DNA of 59,996 nucleotides. Source: a virus (Duplodnaviria > Caudoviricetes). The position numbers were made by a program, and so were the translations under genes. The DNA is taken from positions 1 to 59,996 of IMG/VR virus record IMGVR_UViG_3300020042_007026; one strand, given 5' to 3'. Positions 51,117-59,996 of the stretch are shown in pieces. Within the stretch, counting starts at the first letter, position 1; the number at the start of each line of letters is the position of its first letter. The notes beneath the pieces are model-generated. The model did not search any database. It was not told the origin of the DNA and saw only the letters and a program-made list of their open reading frames with translations.

Positions 51117-53741
51117 ATGATAGCAACTTCTCTATATGGCTCTTCAGTGGCTCCTGTAAAAGCAACTGCTTTGAGCCACTCTACTGTTAGAGTATCATGG
51201 TTCTCTCCTAATCCTTCTAATTTCCAAGCTATTAGGTTAGTTAGAAACCAGTACGCTTTTTCTGAAAACCAAGAAGACGGCGAAATTCTTTACGAGTATA
51301 ACGGTCAGGGTGACTCTGGTGAAGCTGACGTAACAGAGTTTTTTGATGGTGTTGACACAAGTTTAAGCACAGTAGATTTAATTCCTGGTCAACATGCGTA
51401 TTACTCTATTTGGCTATTGTTATCAAACGCTTGGGTAAACGCTGGTCAGGCTTCTGCTCTTGTTCCAAGTGAACACGGATCATCAACTAGTTCTTCTGTA
51501 GAACTAAAGACTACCCACACAAAGGTAATGGAGTTGCTTCCTAGGGTATACACTTCTGCTACATACAGCCCATTTGATGAAATAGATGAAACTTCTGATC
51601 TTTACAAGTTTATGAAAGGCATTTCTTTAACCTTTGATGAGATGCTGACTCTTGCTGATTTAACTGCTCCTAGTGCGTCATCAAGGGGAATTCCAGATAA
51701 TGTTGTTCTTACAGCATTTAAAAACTTAGGTCTTAGAGTAACTTCTATAGCTCCAACATTTTACAAAAAAAGTTTGCTAAGTAAAGCTCCTTATTTGCTC
51801 TCTATCAAAGGAACTAAAGAAGCTCTACAAACATTTGTTGAAACTTACACGGGATTTAATGCCACAATATCTGACACCTCTAAGCCCCCTACTGCTGATT
51901 TCAATTACTCTAATCTACTACTAAATGCTCAGGATAGTAACTTCCATAAAGGTGGTTTGGGCAGTTGGAAATCAGTAAGCAACGCTACTTTAACCGTAGA
52001 ATCTAGTTCTGACATACCTACGACCGAATCCGGAGTTCTTGCAGGATATTCATTAAAATCACAGTATAGGTTAAAAGTAGTTACTGCTGATAATACTCCA
52101 ACGGATATCCTATCTCAATGGCGGTTAGGTGGTAGTGCTCAAGATCAAACTCCTAATATTTATGAAGCTTTAGGTGATGGCATACCTGTTGAACCTGGTG
52201 AAGAATACACTTTTTATTGGGCTATGAAATTAGGTACTGGAACTACTCCTGCTGTTAAACCAGTTATTAAATGGTATGACACTTATGGGTCTTTGATTAG
52301 CACAGAAACTCCTTCTAGCGCAATAAATGCAACTAGCAGCTGGGTACGAAATGAGTACACTAAAATTGCTCCTGGTAAAAAAACTCTTTCTACAGGGTAT
52401 TCTATAACTACTACAGGTACTATTATTAGCTCTATTGGTCATGGACTTAGTTCAGGTGACACTGTTTACTTTGAAGATGAATTTTTGCCTTTTGTTGGTG
52501 TAAGGACTGTATCTTCTGTAACAGATGATGATAACTTTATAATTGATTTTAGTAATGATGGAATCACTCTTGAAGATGTATCTAGCTCTGTTGTTGGTGG
52601 TGTAACCATACTAACAATTGGAGATGGCAACACAAGTCAACTTCAAAGTAATAATCTTATAACTAAAAGTTCTGGTACTGGAACTTTACAAAGTGGGACT
52701 AGACTTACTGGCATACTAAGTGAAAACACGTTTACAGTTAATTTACAACCTAGCGTAGCTTTAACGGGAGCAACTATACTTGCAAGCATTTACGGTGCTA
52801 CTGTTGACTTTTACGTGTATAAAACTAACTCTGCTGGGGATGGTCCAGAAACTCCTGCCCGATATGCAATGGTTGGGTTTACACAAACTGATCGTGCCAG
52901 CACTTTTTACATGTCATCTTTTCAGTTTGCAAAATCAGGTGTAGCTGGATTTATTGAGGCTAGATGTGTGGATGTGTACTTAGAGCCTTCAAAAATTAAC
53001 TATTTGAGTAACCCTTCTTTTGCTGAATCTACTACCGGATGGACTAGCCCTGGAGGAACCTTAACTAACCTTGAAAACAGCACTCTTGTAGGGGTCCCTT
53101 ACTCTTCAGTAGGAAAAATGGCTAAACTAGTTACTTCTTCTTCTTCAAGTTCTTCTTCAATTCCTGATATTAGAACTACATCAGCAGTAACAATTTCTAC
53201 TAGTAACAGCTACTATACATTTTCAATTTATATCAAAGGTGACGCTAACTACACATTAAAGCTAGGTCTAAATAATGGTGGAGGTCGTATAAAAGATACA
53301 ACCATAAATGTAACTACTTCATGGCAAAGATTCTCTGTAACTATGTACGTTACTAATCCAAGCTCTGGACTATATCCAATTATTTATGGAACAAGATCTG
53401 CTGCTCAAACAATCCGTTTAAAGTATGCTCAATTAGAAGAAACACAAAAAGCTACAGATTATTTTGACGGCAGTTTTATTAACCAAGAAGCTTTTTGGAG
53501 CGGTACTAGTAACGCATCAAAATCTTATGTGTATGTAAATAAAAGTCAAAAAATGGCTGAAATGTCAGTGCACTTAAACGATTGGGTTCCTTTAGGATCG
53601 GTATGGATGCTTCGTTCATACTATGGAATCGAAGCTATAGGTCTTCCTTCTATTACTACAGTTAGCTCTCTTGAGTCGTATGGAAGTAGTAGTAGTAGTG
53701 GTGTTGGTGGAGGTAGTCGGTTGGTAACCGTGTCTGTTTAG
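51117..53741 (+). CDS. baseplate wedge/tail protein with carbohydrate-binding-like domains
   Basis: ELLPRVY, IKGTKEAL..FVE..TG; NYLSNPSF..STTGW. Confidence 0.75.
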   Translation: MIATSLYGSSVAPVKATALSHSTVRVSWFSPNPSNFQAIRLVRNQYAFSENQEDGEILYEYNGQGDSGEADVTEFFDGVDTSLSTVDLIPGQHAYYSIWLLLSNAWVNAGQASALVPSEHGSSTSSSVELKTTHTKVMELLPRVYTSATYSPFDEIDETSDLYKFMKGISLTFDEMLTLADLTAPSASSRGIPDNVVLTAFKNLGLRVTSIAPTFYKKSLLSKAPYLLSIKGTKEALQTFVETYTGFNATISDTSKPPTADFNYSNLLLNAQDSNFHKGGLGSWKSVSNATLTVESSSDIPTTESGVLAGYSLKSQYRLKVVTADNTPTDILSQWRLGGSAQDQTPNIYEALGDGIPVEPGEEYTFYWAMKLGTGTTPAVKPVIKWYDTYGSLISTETPSSAINATSSWVRNEYTKIAPGKKTLSTGYSITTTGTIISSIGHGLSSGDTVYFEDEFLPFVGVRTVSSVTDDDNFIIDFSNDGITLEDVSSSVVGGVTILTIGDGNTSQLQSNNLITKSSGTGTLQSGTRLTGILSENTFTVNLQPSVALTGATILASIYGATVDFYVYKTNSAGDGPETPARYAMVGFTQTDRASTFYMSSFQFAKSGVAGFIEARCVDVYLEPSKINYLSNPSFAESTTGWTSPGGTLTNLENSTLVGVPYSSVGKMAKLVTSSSSSSSSIPDIRTTSAVTISTSNSYYTFSIYIKGDANYTLKLGLNNGGGRIKDTTINVTTSWQRFSVTMYVTNPSSGLYPIIYGTRSAAQTIRLKYAQLEETQKATDYFDGSFINQEAFWSGTSNASKSYVYVNKSQKMAEMSVHLNDWVPLGSVWMLRSYYGIEAIGLPSITTVSSLESYGSSSSSGVGGGSRLVTVSV

Positions 53742-53756
53742 TGTATACTACAACCT
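53721..53756 (+). promoter_or_regulatory. SigA promoter TTGGTA-N17-TATACT, leaderless, for the replication operon
   Basis: 17-nt spacer; -10 ends 7 nt before ATG 53757. Confidence 0.65.
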
Positions 53757-54023
53757 ATGGACATTTTAATTAACATACTTATTTCTGGAATGGCAGTTGC
53801 CTACGTAGTTGAATTGATCACAGCGGTCACTAGTAAGCTTCTTCCTTCTTGGATTTTAAAAGCAATTTTACCTTTGCCGTTTAGTGTGCTAAGCTTATAC
53901 CTTCTTGGTGGATCTGGAATTCCGCTGATAATTTATGGGTTAGCGTCATCGTGCATAGCCCTAGTTGTGGTATTCTTTGTAAACCGCCCAGTAACAAACC
54001 AGGTGATAACCACACGTCGCTAA
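53757..54023 (+). CDS. small multi-TM membrane protein
   Basis: Three hydrophobic segments. Confidence 0.7.
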   Translation: MDILINILISGMAVAYVVELITAVTSKLLPSWILKAILPLPFSVLSLYLLGGSGIPLIIYGLASSCIALVVVFFVNRPVTNQVITTRR

Positions 54024-54035
54024 TATCGGAGTACA

Positions 54036-55001
54036 ATGCATAAGGAAGATCAATTCCGTCGTTTGTCTTTAGGACCTTCGGAACTAAAAATACTATTAAC
54101 CCTAGAATACTTTGCAGATAGCAAAGGGGTCGCTGACCCTACCATGAGCATACTAGAAGAAGTTACTGGCTACAGTCGTATGCAGATTTCACGCTCGGTC
54201 AAAACTTTGGTCAAAGAAAAGTATGTCGAAGTCAAGCGCTTAAAGCGTCTTGATGGTTTTAACCATCGTAATGTCTACCAACTGCTTAGTAACACTAATG
54301 TTACAGTGCCAAACGATAGTAACACTGATGTTACAAATACTCCCGCGTCGCAGAGGCAAAGTAACGTCGATGTTACATCAATTACTAATAAAGCTTTAGT
54401 TATTAAGATAGATAAAGCATTAGATACTACGTATCTAATGGAAGGAGAGAAAAAAGTGGTCAATCGTTGGAAAGATGATGATGACGATCTTGCGGGTGTG
54501 GGACTGATCCAAGACAAGCCAGTACAGGCAAAGAAACCCTCTAAGCGTGAGCCTAAAACCAGGCACAGCCGTCCTATCGAGGAGTGGACTCCAGCCGATA
54601 TGGCTACCGAATTTTCCTACAGGGTCTACCAAGCACTGCCTGGCATACCTGGCGTTGTAAACACACGCAACCTGTGGGGCGCACTAGCTAAAAACCGTAA
54701 AAACTTTGGGGTAACCGCTGTTCTTGAGTACGAAGTTCTAGAGAAATACTTTGCTGACGCTCGCAACCTGACCTCGCTAAAACAAGCGCCTGCGTATGCT
54801 CACGCTAAGTTTCTAACTTTTTTGACAAACAACATTCAGGCAGTAGCCTCTGATCTTGGCGTGGAAGATTTGCCAGAAGACATCCCTGTGGTTGAGCCAC
54901 TAAACAAGTACGTGTATGCCTCAGATGGTCGTCGGTTTGACAACTCGATGCCCGGTAGGTTAGCATTGAAAGAACACGAAAAAAGGACGGCAACTAAATG
55001 A
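54036..55001 (+). CDS. replication initiator-like HTH protein
   Basis: PTMSILEEVTGYSRMQISRSVKTL winged HTH, NVY; precedes the loader and helicase. Confidence 0.7.
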   Translation: MHKEDQFRRLSLGPSELKILLTLEYFADSKGVADPTMSILEEVTGYSRMQISRSVKTLVKEKYVEVKRLKRLDGFNHRNVYQLLSNTNVTVPNDSNTDVTNTPASQRQSNVDVTSITNKALVIKIDKALDTTYLMEGEKKVVNRWKDDDDDLAGVGLIQDKPVQAKKPSKREPKTRHSRPIEEWTPADMATEFSYRVYQALPGIPGVVNTRNLWGALAKNRKNFGVTAVLEYEVLEKYFADARNLTSLKQAPAYAHAKFLTFLTNNIQAVASDLGVEDLPEDIPVVEPLNKYVYASDGRRFDNSMPGRLALKEHEKRTATK

Positions 55002-55723
55002 GCTACGATGTATCCAAACTAAGCGGAGATAAACGCCACGTTATTGCACTGGGCTCAAACATTCCACGTAGGTTTATTGGTATGGAGCCATCTGATATCC
55101 AAGAGATGTCAGGAACCTTTCCACAGGAAATAGAAGATTGGATTCAAAATGTACTTGAAGGCAATGTTATTAAACAACTCGGTGGTATCGGCGTTACTGG
55201 AGTCGGTCTGCTATTTGATGGTGGTCCTGGTCTAGGAAAAACTACTCACGCTGTAGTTACCCTTATGGAGCTTATCCGTAGGCTGCCAGAAGACAAGAAA
55301 GAAATATCTAGGATCTTTGGCACAGGCAATACAGAGGTAAGCCGTAACTTTAGGTCAGTGTACTACTTGACTTTCCCTGAGTTTGTTGTTCGTAAGAAAG
55401 CTATTATGGAAGCCGATTCAGATACTAGGCGTGAACTGTACGAAGAGATGGAGGGGTTCCACGGTCGTGCAAAAGACGACAACTTAAATGTACGCATTCT
55501 TGTTCTCGATGACCTAGGAAAAGAATACGGTAGCAAATACAATGACGCCAGCTTAGATGAAGTTTTGCGTTCACGTTATGATAAAGGTCTTCCTACAATC
55601 GTCACCACAAATGTTCTTCGTGAAAAGTGGGCAGCTCAATACGGTGAAGCAATGGGTTCTTTTGCCTATGAAGCTTTTGTACGTGTGCAGCTAGGCGCAA
55701 AAGACTTAAGGAAAAATGGCTAA
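54998..55723 (+). CDS. DnaC/IstB-like helicase loader ATPase
   Basis: GGPGLGKT, LVLDDLGKE, RSRY..LPTIVTTN. Confidence 0.9.
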   Translation: MSYDVSKLSGDKRHVIALGSNIPRRFIGMEPSDIQEMSGTFPQEIEDWIQNVLEGNVIKQLGGIGVTGVGLLFDGGPGLGKTTHAVVTLMELIRRLPEDKKEISRIFGTGNTEVSRNFRSVYYLTFPEFVVRKKAIMEADSDTRRELYEEMEGFHGRAKDDNLNVRILVLDDLGKEYGSKYNDASLDEVLRSRYDKGLPTIVTTNVLREKWAAQYGEAMGSFAYEAFVRVQLGAKDLRKNG

Positions 55724-56013
55724 TGGATATCAAATGGAGGACCATCCAATTTTTTATATCCACTAATGGCGTATGCGAAGTACAGTCAGACGATACCTCT
55801 ACAAAAAAACTAAGGTGCACCTGTAGGGAGTTTTCAGTTTTTGCTCGTTGTAAGCATGTAAAGTTTGTTAAAGACCGTATTGGTGAAACAGGTATCTTTA
55901 CAGTTAAGCTAGCAGAAGATACAGACTCAGAAAACATAATTGCAGCTATGGATGACCCAGATATGTTTCGCAGTTTTTTAATACACCACGCAAAAATAGA
56001 GGCACTTGATTGA
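55723..56013 (+). CDS. SWIM zinc-finger protein
   Basis: CTCREF...RCKH. Confidence 0.8.
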   Translation: MDIKWRTIQFFISTNGVCEVQSDDTSTKKLRCTCREFSVFARCKHVKFVKDRIGETGIFTVKLAEDTDSENIIAAMDDPDMFRSFLIHHAKIEALD

Positions 56014-56435
56014 AAGGCGGGGATATCAGTAATGCAACTCCGCCAAAGATTGTAGTCCTTGTTGATGTTGTTGCCACTATCACTCAGAAAGAAGTAACTT
56101 CAGGCACCGGGTTATTTAAAAAGAAATCAAAAAAATCAAGCTTCAGTATAAATCTAAAAGAAGTATCGCACCTTTGGTCAGTAGGAAATAGGTTTGGTCT
56201 TTCAATAGAGCTAGCCGGATTTGAGGATCAAGGCTGGACAACAGAAGATCTTGAAACACTAATGGAAACCTTAGAGCGTCAAGTATCTAATCCGTTTAAC
56301 TACGCTGAAGTGTACGCAGACGTAGACCAACTTGTCTCCTTGCTACCGTATCGTAGTAATCTAAAAGGAGTCATTGATTTACCAGGGCGTGTTGCAAGAT
56401 ACGGTTCCTATGGTGTAGAATTATCTAATCTTTAA
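56010..56435 (+). CDS. hypothetical protein
   Basis: TTG start coupled; MKGGDISN. Confidence 0.7.
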   Translation: MKGGDISNATPPKIVVLVDVVATITQKEVTSGTGLFKKKSKKSSFSINLKEVSHLWSVGNRFGLSIELAGFEDQGWTTEDLETLMETLERQVSNPFNYAEVYADVDQLVSLLPYRSNLKGVIDLPGRVARYGSYGVELSNL

Positions 56436-56448
56436 GAAGGAATAAGAA

Positions 56449-57699
56449 ATGGCATACGATAACGAGTACCGCTTAGTCAGCAAGGTCATACGTGACCGTA
56501 ACATAATCCCAGTAATTGAAATAGGGATTAAAGACGATTGGATTGTTGACGATGATCTTCGTCGCATTTGGAAGTTTGTACGTGAGCATTATGTAAAGTA
56601 CCGTGAAGTTCCTACCGCAACTACAATCAAAGATAACTTCCCAGCATTTAAAGTGCTAGATGTACAAGACAGCATTGACTATCTTATTGACCAGATGGTT
56701 GCTTTCCGTCGCCGTACCCTAACCAAAAATGGTATTGAAGATTCTTTGTCAAAGATGGTTGTCAATGACCACGAAGGCGCACTCTCAGAAATGAGCAAGA
56801 CAGTTACTCTTGTCAATGAGCAGGGTAACGTAGGAACAACTCACATAGACTTGACTAAAGACCCTACTAATCGTTTCTTAGAGTACGAAAACCTTCAGAA
56901 CTCAGTTCTTCTAGGAATACCAACAGGGTTCAGTAAGATCGATGAAGCTACTGCTGGATTGCAGGGAGGGCAGTTGATTACTGTTATTGCTCCACCTAAA
57001 ACAGGTAAGTCACAGATTGCTTTACAGATGGCAGTAAACGTTCACCAGGCTGGTAAAGTTCCTATGTTCCAATCTTTTGAGATGAACAATCACGAACAGT
57101 CACAGCGTCACGATGCTATTCGGGCTAACCTATCAGCTAAGAACCTTCGTATAGGAAAGCTGAACAGTCAAGAAGAAGAACGCTATATTGACATGCTTGA
57201 AGAGATGAAGACGTCACACCCTTTCCATCTAGTAGATGCCGTTAATGGATTAACAATCGACTCTCTAGTAGCAAAAGCAGAGCAACTAAAGCCAGACATC
57301 TTATTTGTTGATGGCGTTTACCTTATGCTAGATCAAATTAGCGGTGACGCAAACACTCCACAAGCTCTTACAAACATTACTCGTGGTCTTAAACGTGTTG
57401 CCCAGGTATTGAACATCCCTGTGGTAATTACTACCCAGACATTGCTATGGAAAATGAAAGGCGGCAAAGTTACAGCTGACTCAATTGGTTACTCATCTTC
57501 ATTCTTCCAAGACTCCGATGTTATTCTTGGTCTTGAGCCTGTTGAAGCCGATGATAAGCGCCGTACTTTGAGGGTAGTACAGGCACGTAACTGTGGTCCA
57601 TCTGATGAAACGATTACTTGGGACTGGGATACCGGTTGCTTCCACGATGAGTCCAAGTCTTACACCTGCAAGTATTGCACCCCATGGAGCGCAGTTTAA
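56449..57699 (+). CDS. dnaB: DnaB-like replicative helicase
   Basis: GIPTGF..ID..T.GLQ, APPKTGKS, SFEM, LFVDGVYL, QDSDVIL. Confidence 0.95.
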   Translation: MAYDNEYRLVSKVIRDRNIIPVIEIGIKDDWIVDDDLRRIWKFVREHYVKYREVPTATTIKDNFPAFKVLDVQDSIDYLIDQMVAFRRRTLTKNGIEDSLSKMVVNDHEGALSEMSKTVTLVNEQGNVGTTHIDLTKDPTNRFLEYENLQNSVLLGIPTGFSKIDEATAGLQGGQLITVIAPPKTGKSQIALQMAVNVHQAGKVPMFQSFEMNNHEQSQRHDAIRANLSAKNLRIGKLNSQEEERYIDMLEEMKTSHPFHLVDAVNGLTIDSLVAKAEQLKPDILFVDGVYLMLDQISGDANTPQALTNITRGLKRVAQVLNIPVVITTQTLLWKMKGGKVTADSIGYSSSFFQDSDVILGLEPVEADDKRRTLRVVQARNCGPSDETITWDWDTGCFHDESKSYTCKYCTPWSAV

Positions 57700-58703
57700 T
57701 GTTTGACGTTGAAGAGACTCTCGATGTCCTAGGTATAGAGTATACTACGAGGAATGCCGAGGCTAATGCCTTGTGCCCTATGCATGAGCGTACCACTGGT
57801 CGCCAAGATAGCAACCCTTCTTGGTGGATTAACCTTGAAACTGGTGCTCATATCTGCTTTTCTTGCCACTATAAAGGCAACCTTTTACAGCTAGTCTGTG
57901 ACATAAATGAGTTTTACATAAAGCTGCTAGACGGCTCGTACGGGTACGATTATGCCGCAGGTAAGTCTTGGTTGGCAAATGCCTCTGATACCCCCGTAGA
58001 GAGGCTGCTAGACCACCTAAAGGCTATTCCAAAGTTCATTCAACCCATACCAAAACCAGTGCCTATGTCAGAAGCACGTCTAGCTGTATTTGTAGATCCA
58101 CCTTTAGAAGAACTTACCAAGAGGGGCATAACTCCTGACTCTGCTAAAAAGTATGGGATCTTATGGGACGCAAGTAAGAAGAACTGGATCCTTCCTCTTC
58201 GCCACCCCGACACAAACTACCTAATGGGATGGCAAGAAAAGGGAACAGTAACCCGCAGTTTTATGAACCGCCCTGCAGGAATTGCTAAGTCTACTACCTT
58301 GTTTGGTATTGATGCGATCCAAGATAACCAAGATGTGATTTTGGTCGAGTCTCCTCTAGACTGTGCACATATAGATAGCCTAGGAATTACAGGATCAGTA
58401 GCCGTTTGTGGCTCCTCAATCAGTGAAGATCAGGTAAAATTGTTAAGGATATCTAATAGGATTATCGCTGCTTTTGACAACCCAAATTTCGATAAAGCAG
58501 GTAAAAAAGCCAGTGACGAACTTCGTGTGCTGTCTCGTAAATACGGATTAAATGTTCTGTATTTTAATTACGGGCATAGCACTGCCAAAGATCCAGGAGA
58601 TCTTGGTATCGAAGAACTGCTCTGGGGTATAGCTTCAGCTAAACCATCAATACTTGGAGAATCGGCTTATGTTTACGGGAACACTCAAACCATATCAAGT
58701 TGA
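57699..58703 (+). CDS. dnaG: DNA primase (CHC2 Zn finger plus TOPRIM)
   Basis: CPMH...CFSC; LVESPLD; AFDN..D.AG; KDPGDL; ATG at 57699. Confidence 0.9.
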   Translation: MFDVEETLDVLGIEYTTRNAEANALCPMHERTTGRQDSNPSWWINLETGAHICFSCHYKGNLLQLVCDINEFYIKLLDGSYGYDYAAGKSWLANASDTPVERLLDHLKAIPKFIQPIPKPVPMSEARLAVFVDPPLEELTKRGITPDSAKKYGILWDASKKNWILPLRHPDTNYLMGWQEKGTVTRSFMNRPAGIAKSTTLFGIDAIQDNQDVILVESPLDCAHIDSLGITGSVAVCGSSISEDQVKLLRISNRIIAAFDNPNFDKAGKKASDELRVLSRKYGLNVLYFNYGHSTAKDPGDLGIEELLWGIASAKPSILGESAYVYGNTQTISS

Positions 58704-59996
58704 AGCCGTTGAAAAAATGGTTACTAGTAAAAAGATACTAGTTGCGTATGAAATGGGTCTAGGTAAAACACCTATGACAATTGCCGCCATAGAAAAACTT
58801 AGCTCTAATCTAACTCTAATTGTTTGTTTAGCCAGCTTAAAGTATCAATGGCAAAAAGAGATCACAAAGTTCTCCAATAAAAAAGCTCTTGTAATTGACG
58901 GAACAGTTGCTCAAAGAGCAGCTCAGTACAACTCAATGCTAGAGTACGACTACGTAATTATGAATTACGAACAAGTTGTAAACGACTGGGATCGAATTAA
59001 AGCTGTCCCTTTTAATGCTATGGTGTGTGATGAAGCTACTGCCATCAAAGGTTTTAGAGCCAAACGATCTAAAAAAATCAAAGACCTATCTAAAAACATT
59101 CCTATTAGGTTTGCTTTAACAGGAACTCCAATTGAAAATGGAAGACCTGAAGAGATGTACTCTATTATGCAGTTTGTCAATAAAGACATCTTAGGTAGGT
59201 TCGATATCTTTGATAAAACATTTATTGTTAGAAACCGTTTTGGTGGCGTAGACCGTTATCGTAACTTAGAGCTACTTCACGACACAGTTAAAAAAGCTAC
59301 CGTTCGCAAATCTCAAAAAGATGAAGATGTAAAACCTTATCTACCGGATGCAGTGTATAGAGAGCCTTTAACTGTAAAGCTCGATAGAGCTGCTCAAAGA
59401 CTGTACAACCATATATCTAAAGACACCATTAACCTTTTAATAGAAGCCAGTGAAATATTCGGATCTAACTTTAACGTTGCTGCTCACTACGGTCAAATGT
59501 ACGACCCAGGTGACCCAGCGAATGAAATGCGTGGGCAAATAATGTCTAGAATTTCGGCGTTAAGGATGCTTTGTTCTAATCCACAAAGCTTGATTACCAG
59601 TGCCGTCAATTTTGATCAGCACACAGGCAAAGGAAGCGCTTACGTGCATTCATTAATGGATCAGCTAGAAGGGTTAAGTAAGAACAACAAACTAGACGCT
59701 ACTCTAACCTACATCAAAGAACATCTAGATATAGATCCTTCTTATAAAGTAGTTGTGTTTTCTTCTTACCTAGACTCAGTAACCCTACTAGAAACTAATA
59801 TAACTAAAAGTGGTGTGCAAGCCGTAAAATACACAGGAGAAATGAATGCCAAAGAAAAAGAAACAGCGAAAGAAGCCTTTCAATCACACCCTGATATACG
59901 AGTCCTTATTAGCTCTGATGCTGGTGGTTACGGTGTTGATTTACCTCAAGCCAACCTCCTAGTAAACTACGATCAACCCTGGTCAGCAGGACTAGC
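58669..59996 (+). CDS. SNF2-family helicase (runs off the window end)
   Basis: Hand-translated MFTGTLKPYQ...AYEMGLGKT...VCDEAT...ALTGTPIENG...GGYGVDLPQANLLVNYDQPW; absent from the track because it has no stop. Confidence 0.9.
   Translation, partial: MFTGTLKPYQVEAVEKMVTSKKILVAYEMGLGKTPMTIAAIEKLSSNLTLIVCLASLKYQWQKEITKFSNKKALVIDGTVAQRAAQYNSMLEYDYVIMNYEQVVNDWDRIKAVPFNAMVCDEATAIKGFRAKRSKKIKDLSKNIPIRFALTGTPIENGRPEEMYSIMQFVNKDILGRFDIFDKTFIVRNRFGGVDRYRNLELLHDTVKKATVRKSQKDEDVKPYLPDAVYREPLTVKLDRAAQRLYNHISKDTINLLIEASEIFGSNFNVAAHYGQMYDPGDPANEMRGQIMSRISALRMLCSNPQSLITSAVNFDQHTGKGSAYVHSLMDQLEGLSKNNKLDATLTYIKEHLDIDPSYKVVVFSSYLDSVTLLETNITKSGVQAVKYTGEMNAKEKETAKEAFQSHPDIRVLISSDAGGYGVDLPQANLLVNYDQPWSAGL

Noticed and set aside
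39232-53741. Sheath, tube and baseplate genes as an extracellular contractile injection system
   Set aside because: Terminase, portal, scaffold, capsid and replication genes show a complete phage.
2441-59189. The many minus-strand and nested ORFs in the track beyond 1.8 kb
   Set aside because: They are shadows of tightly coupled plus-strand genes, with no SDs or motifs.

Overview
About 60 kb of a tailed dsDNA phage genome with a contractile tail. The host is probably an actinobacterium; this is inferred from leaderless TANNNT promoters, an M23 endolysin and a gene order recalling cluster C mycobacteriophage-like and freshwater actinophages. Left to right: a short leftward operon with an XRE-HTH regulator and a repeat-rich divergent control region (1-1.8 kb); an array of small accessory genes rich in ADP-ribosyltransferase-like, GNAT, ParB-like and Cys-protease-like domains (1.8-10.4 kb); hsp20, a tmRNA-like mini-RNA, an FmdB zinc ribbon and two nucleases (10.4-12.3 kb); micro-ORFs and a lysis cassette (12.3-16.8 kb); large unknown proteins; terminase, portal, scaffold and major capsid; neck and fibre genes; about 10 tiny Lys-rich genes; sheath, tube, chaperone, tape measure and baseplate; then replication genes (initiator, DnaC-like loader, DnaB, primase, SNF2 helicase cut by the window edge). 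The three most notable observations are: (1) an 80-nt RNA gene that looks like only the tRNA-like domain of tmRNA, with no tag frame; (2) short shared peptide tags (L/I-[NSG]-x(1-2)-QF and M[SG]R-x3-4-F) on otherwise unrelated accessory proteins, possibly virion-loading signals for an injected ART-rich payload; (3) a candidate +1 frameshift (TTT CGA) in the tail chaperone. All calls come from reading motifs by eye; no searches or folding programs were run.
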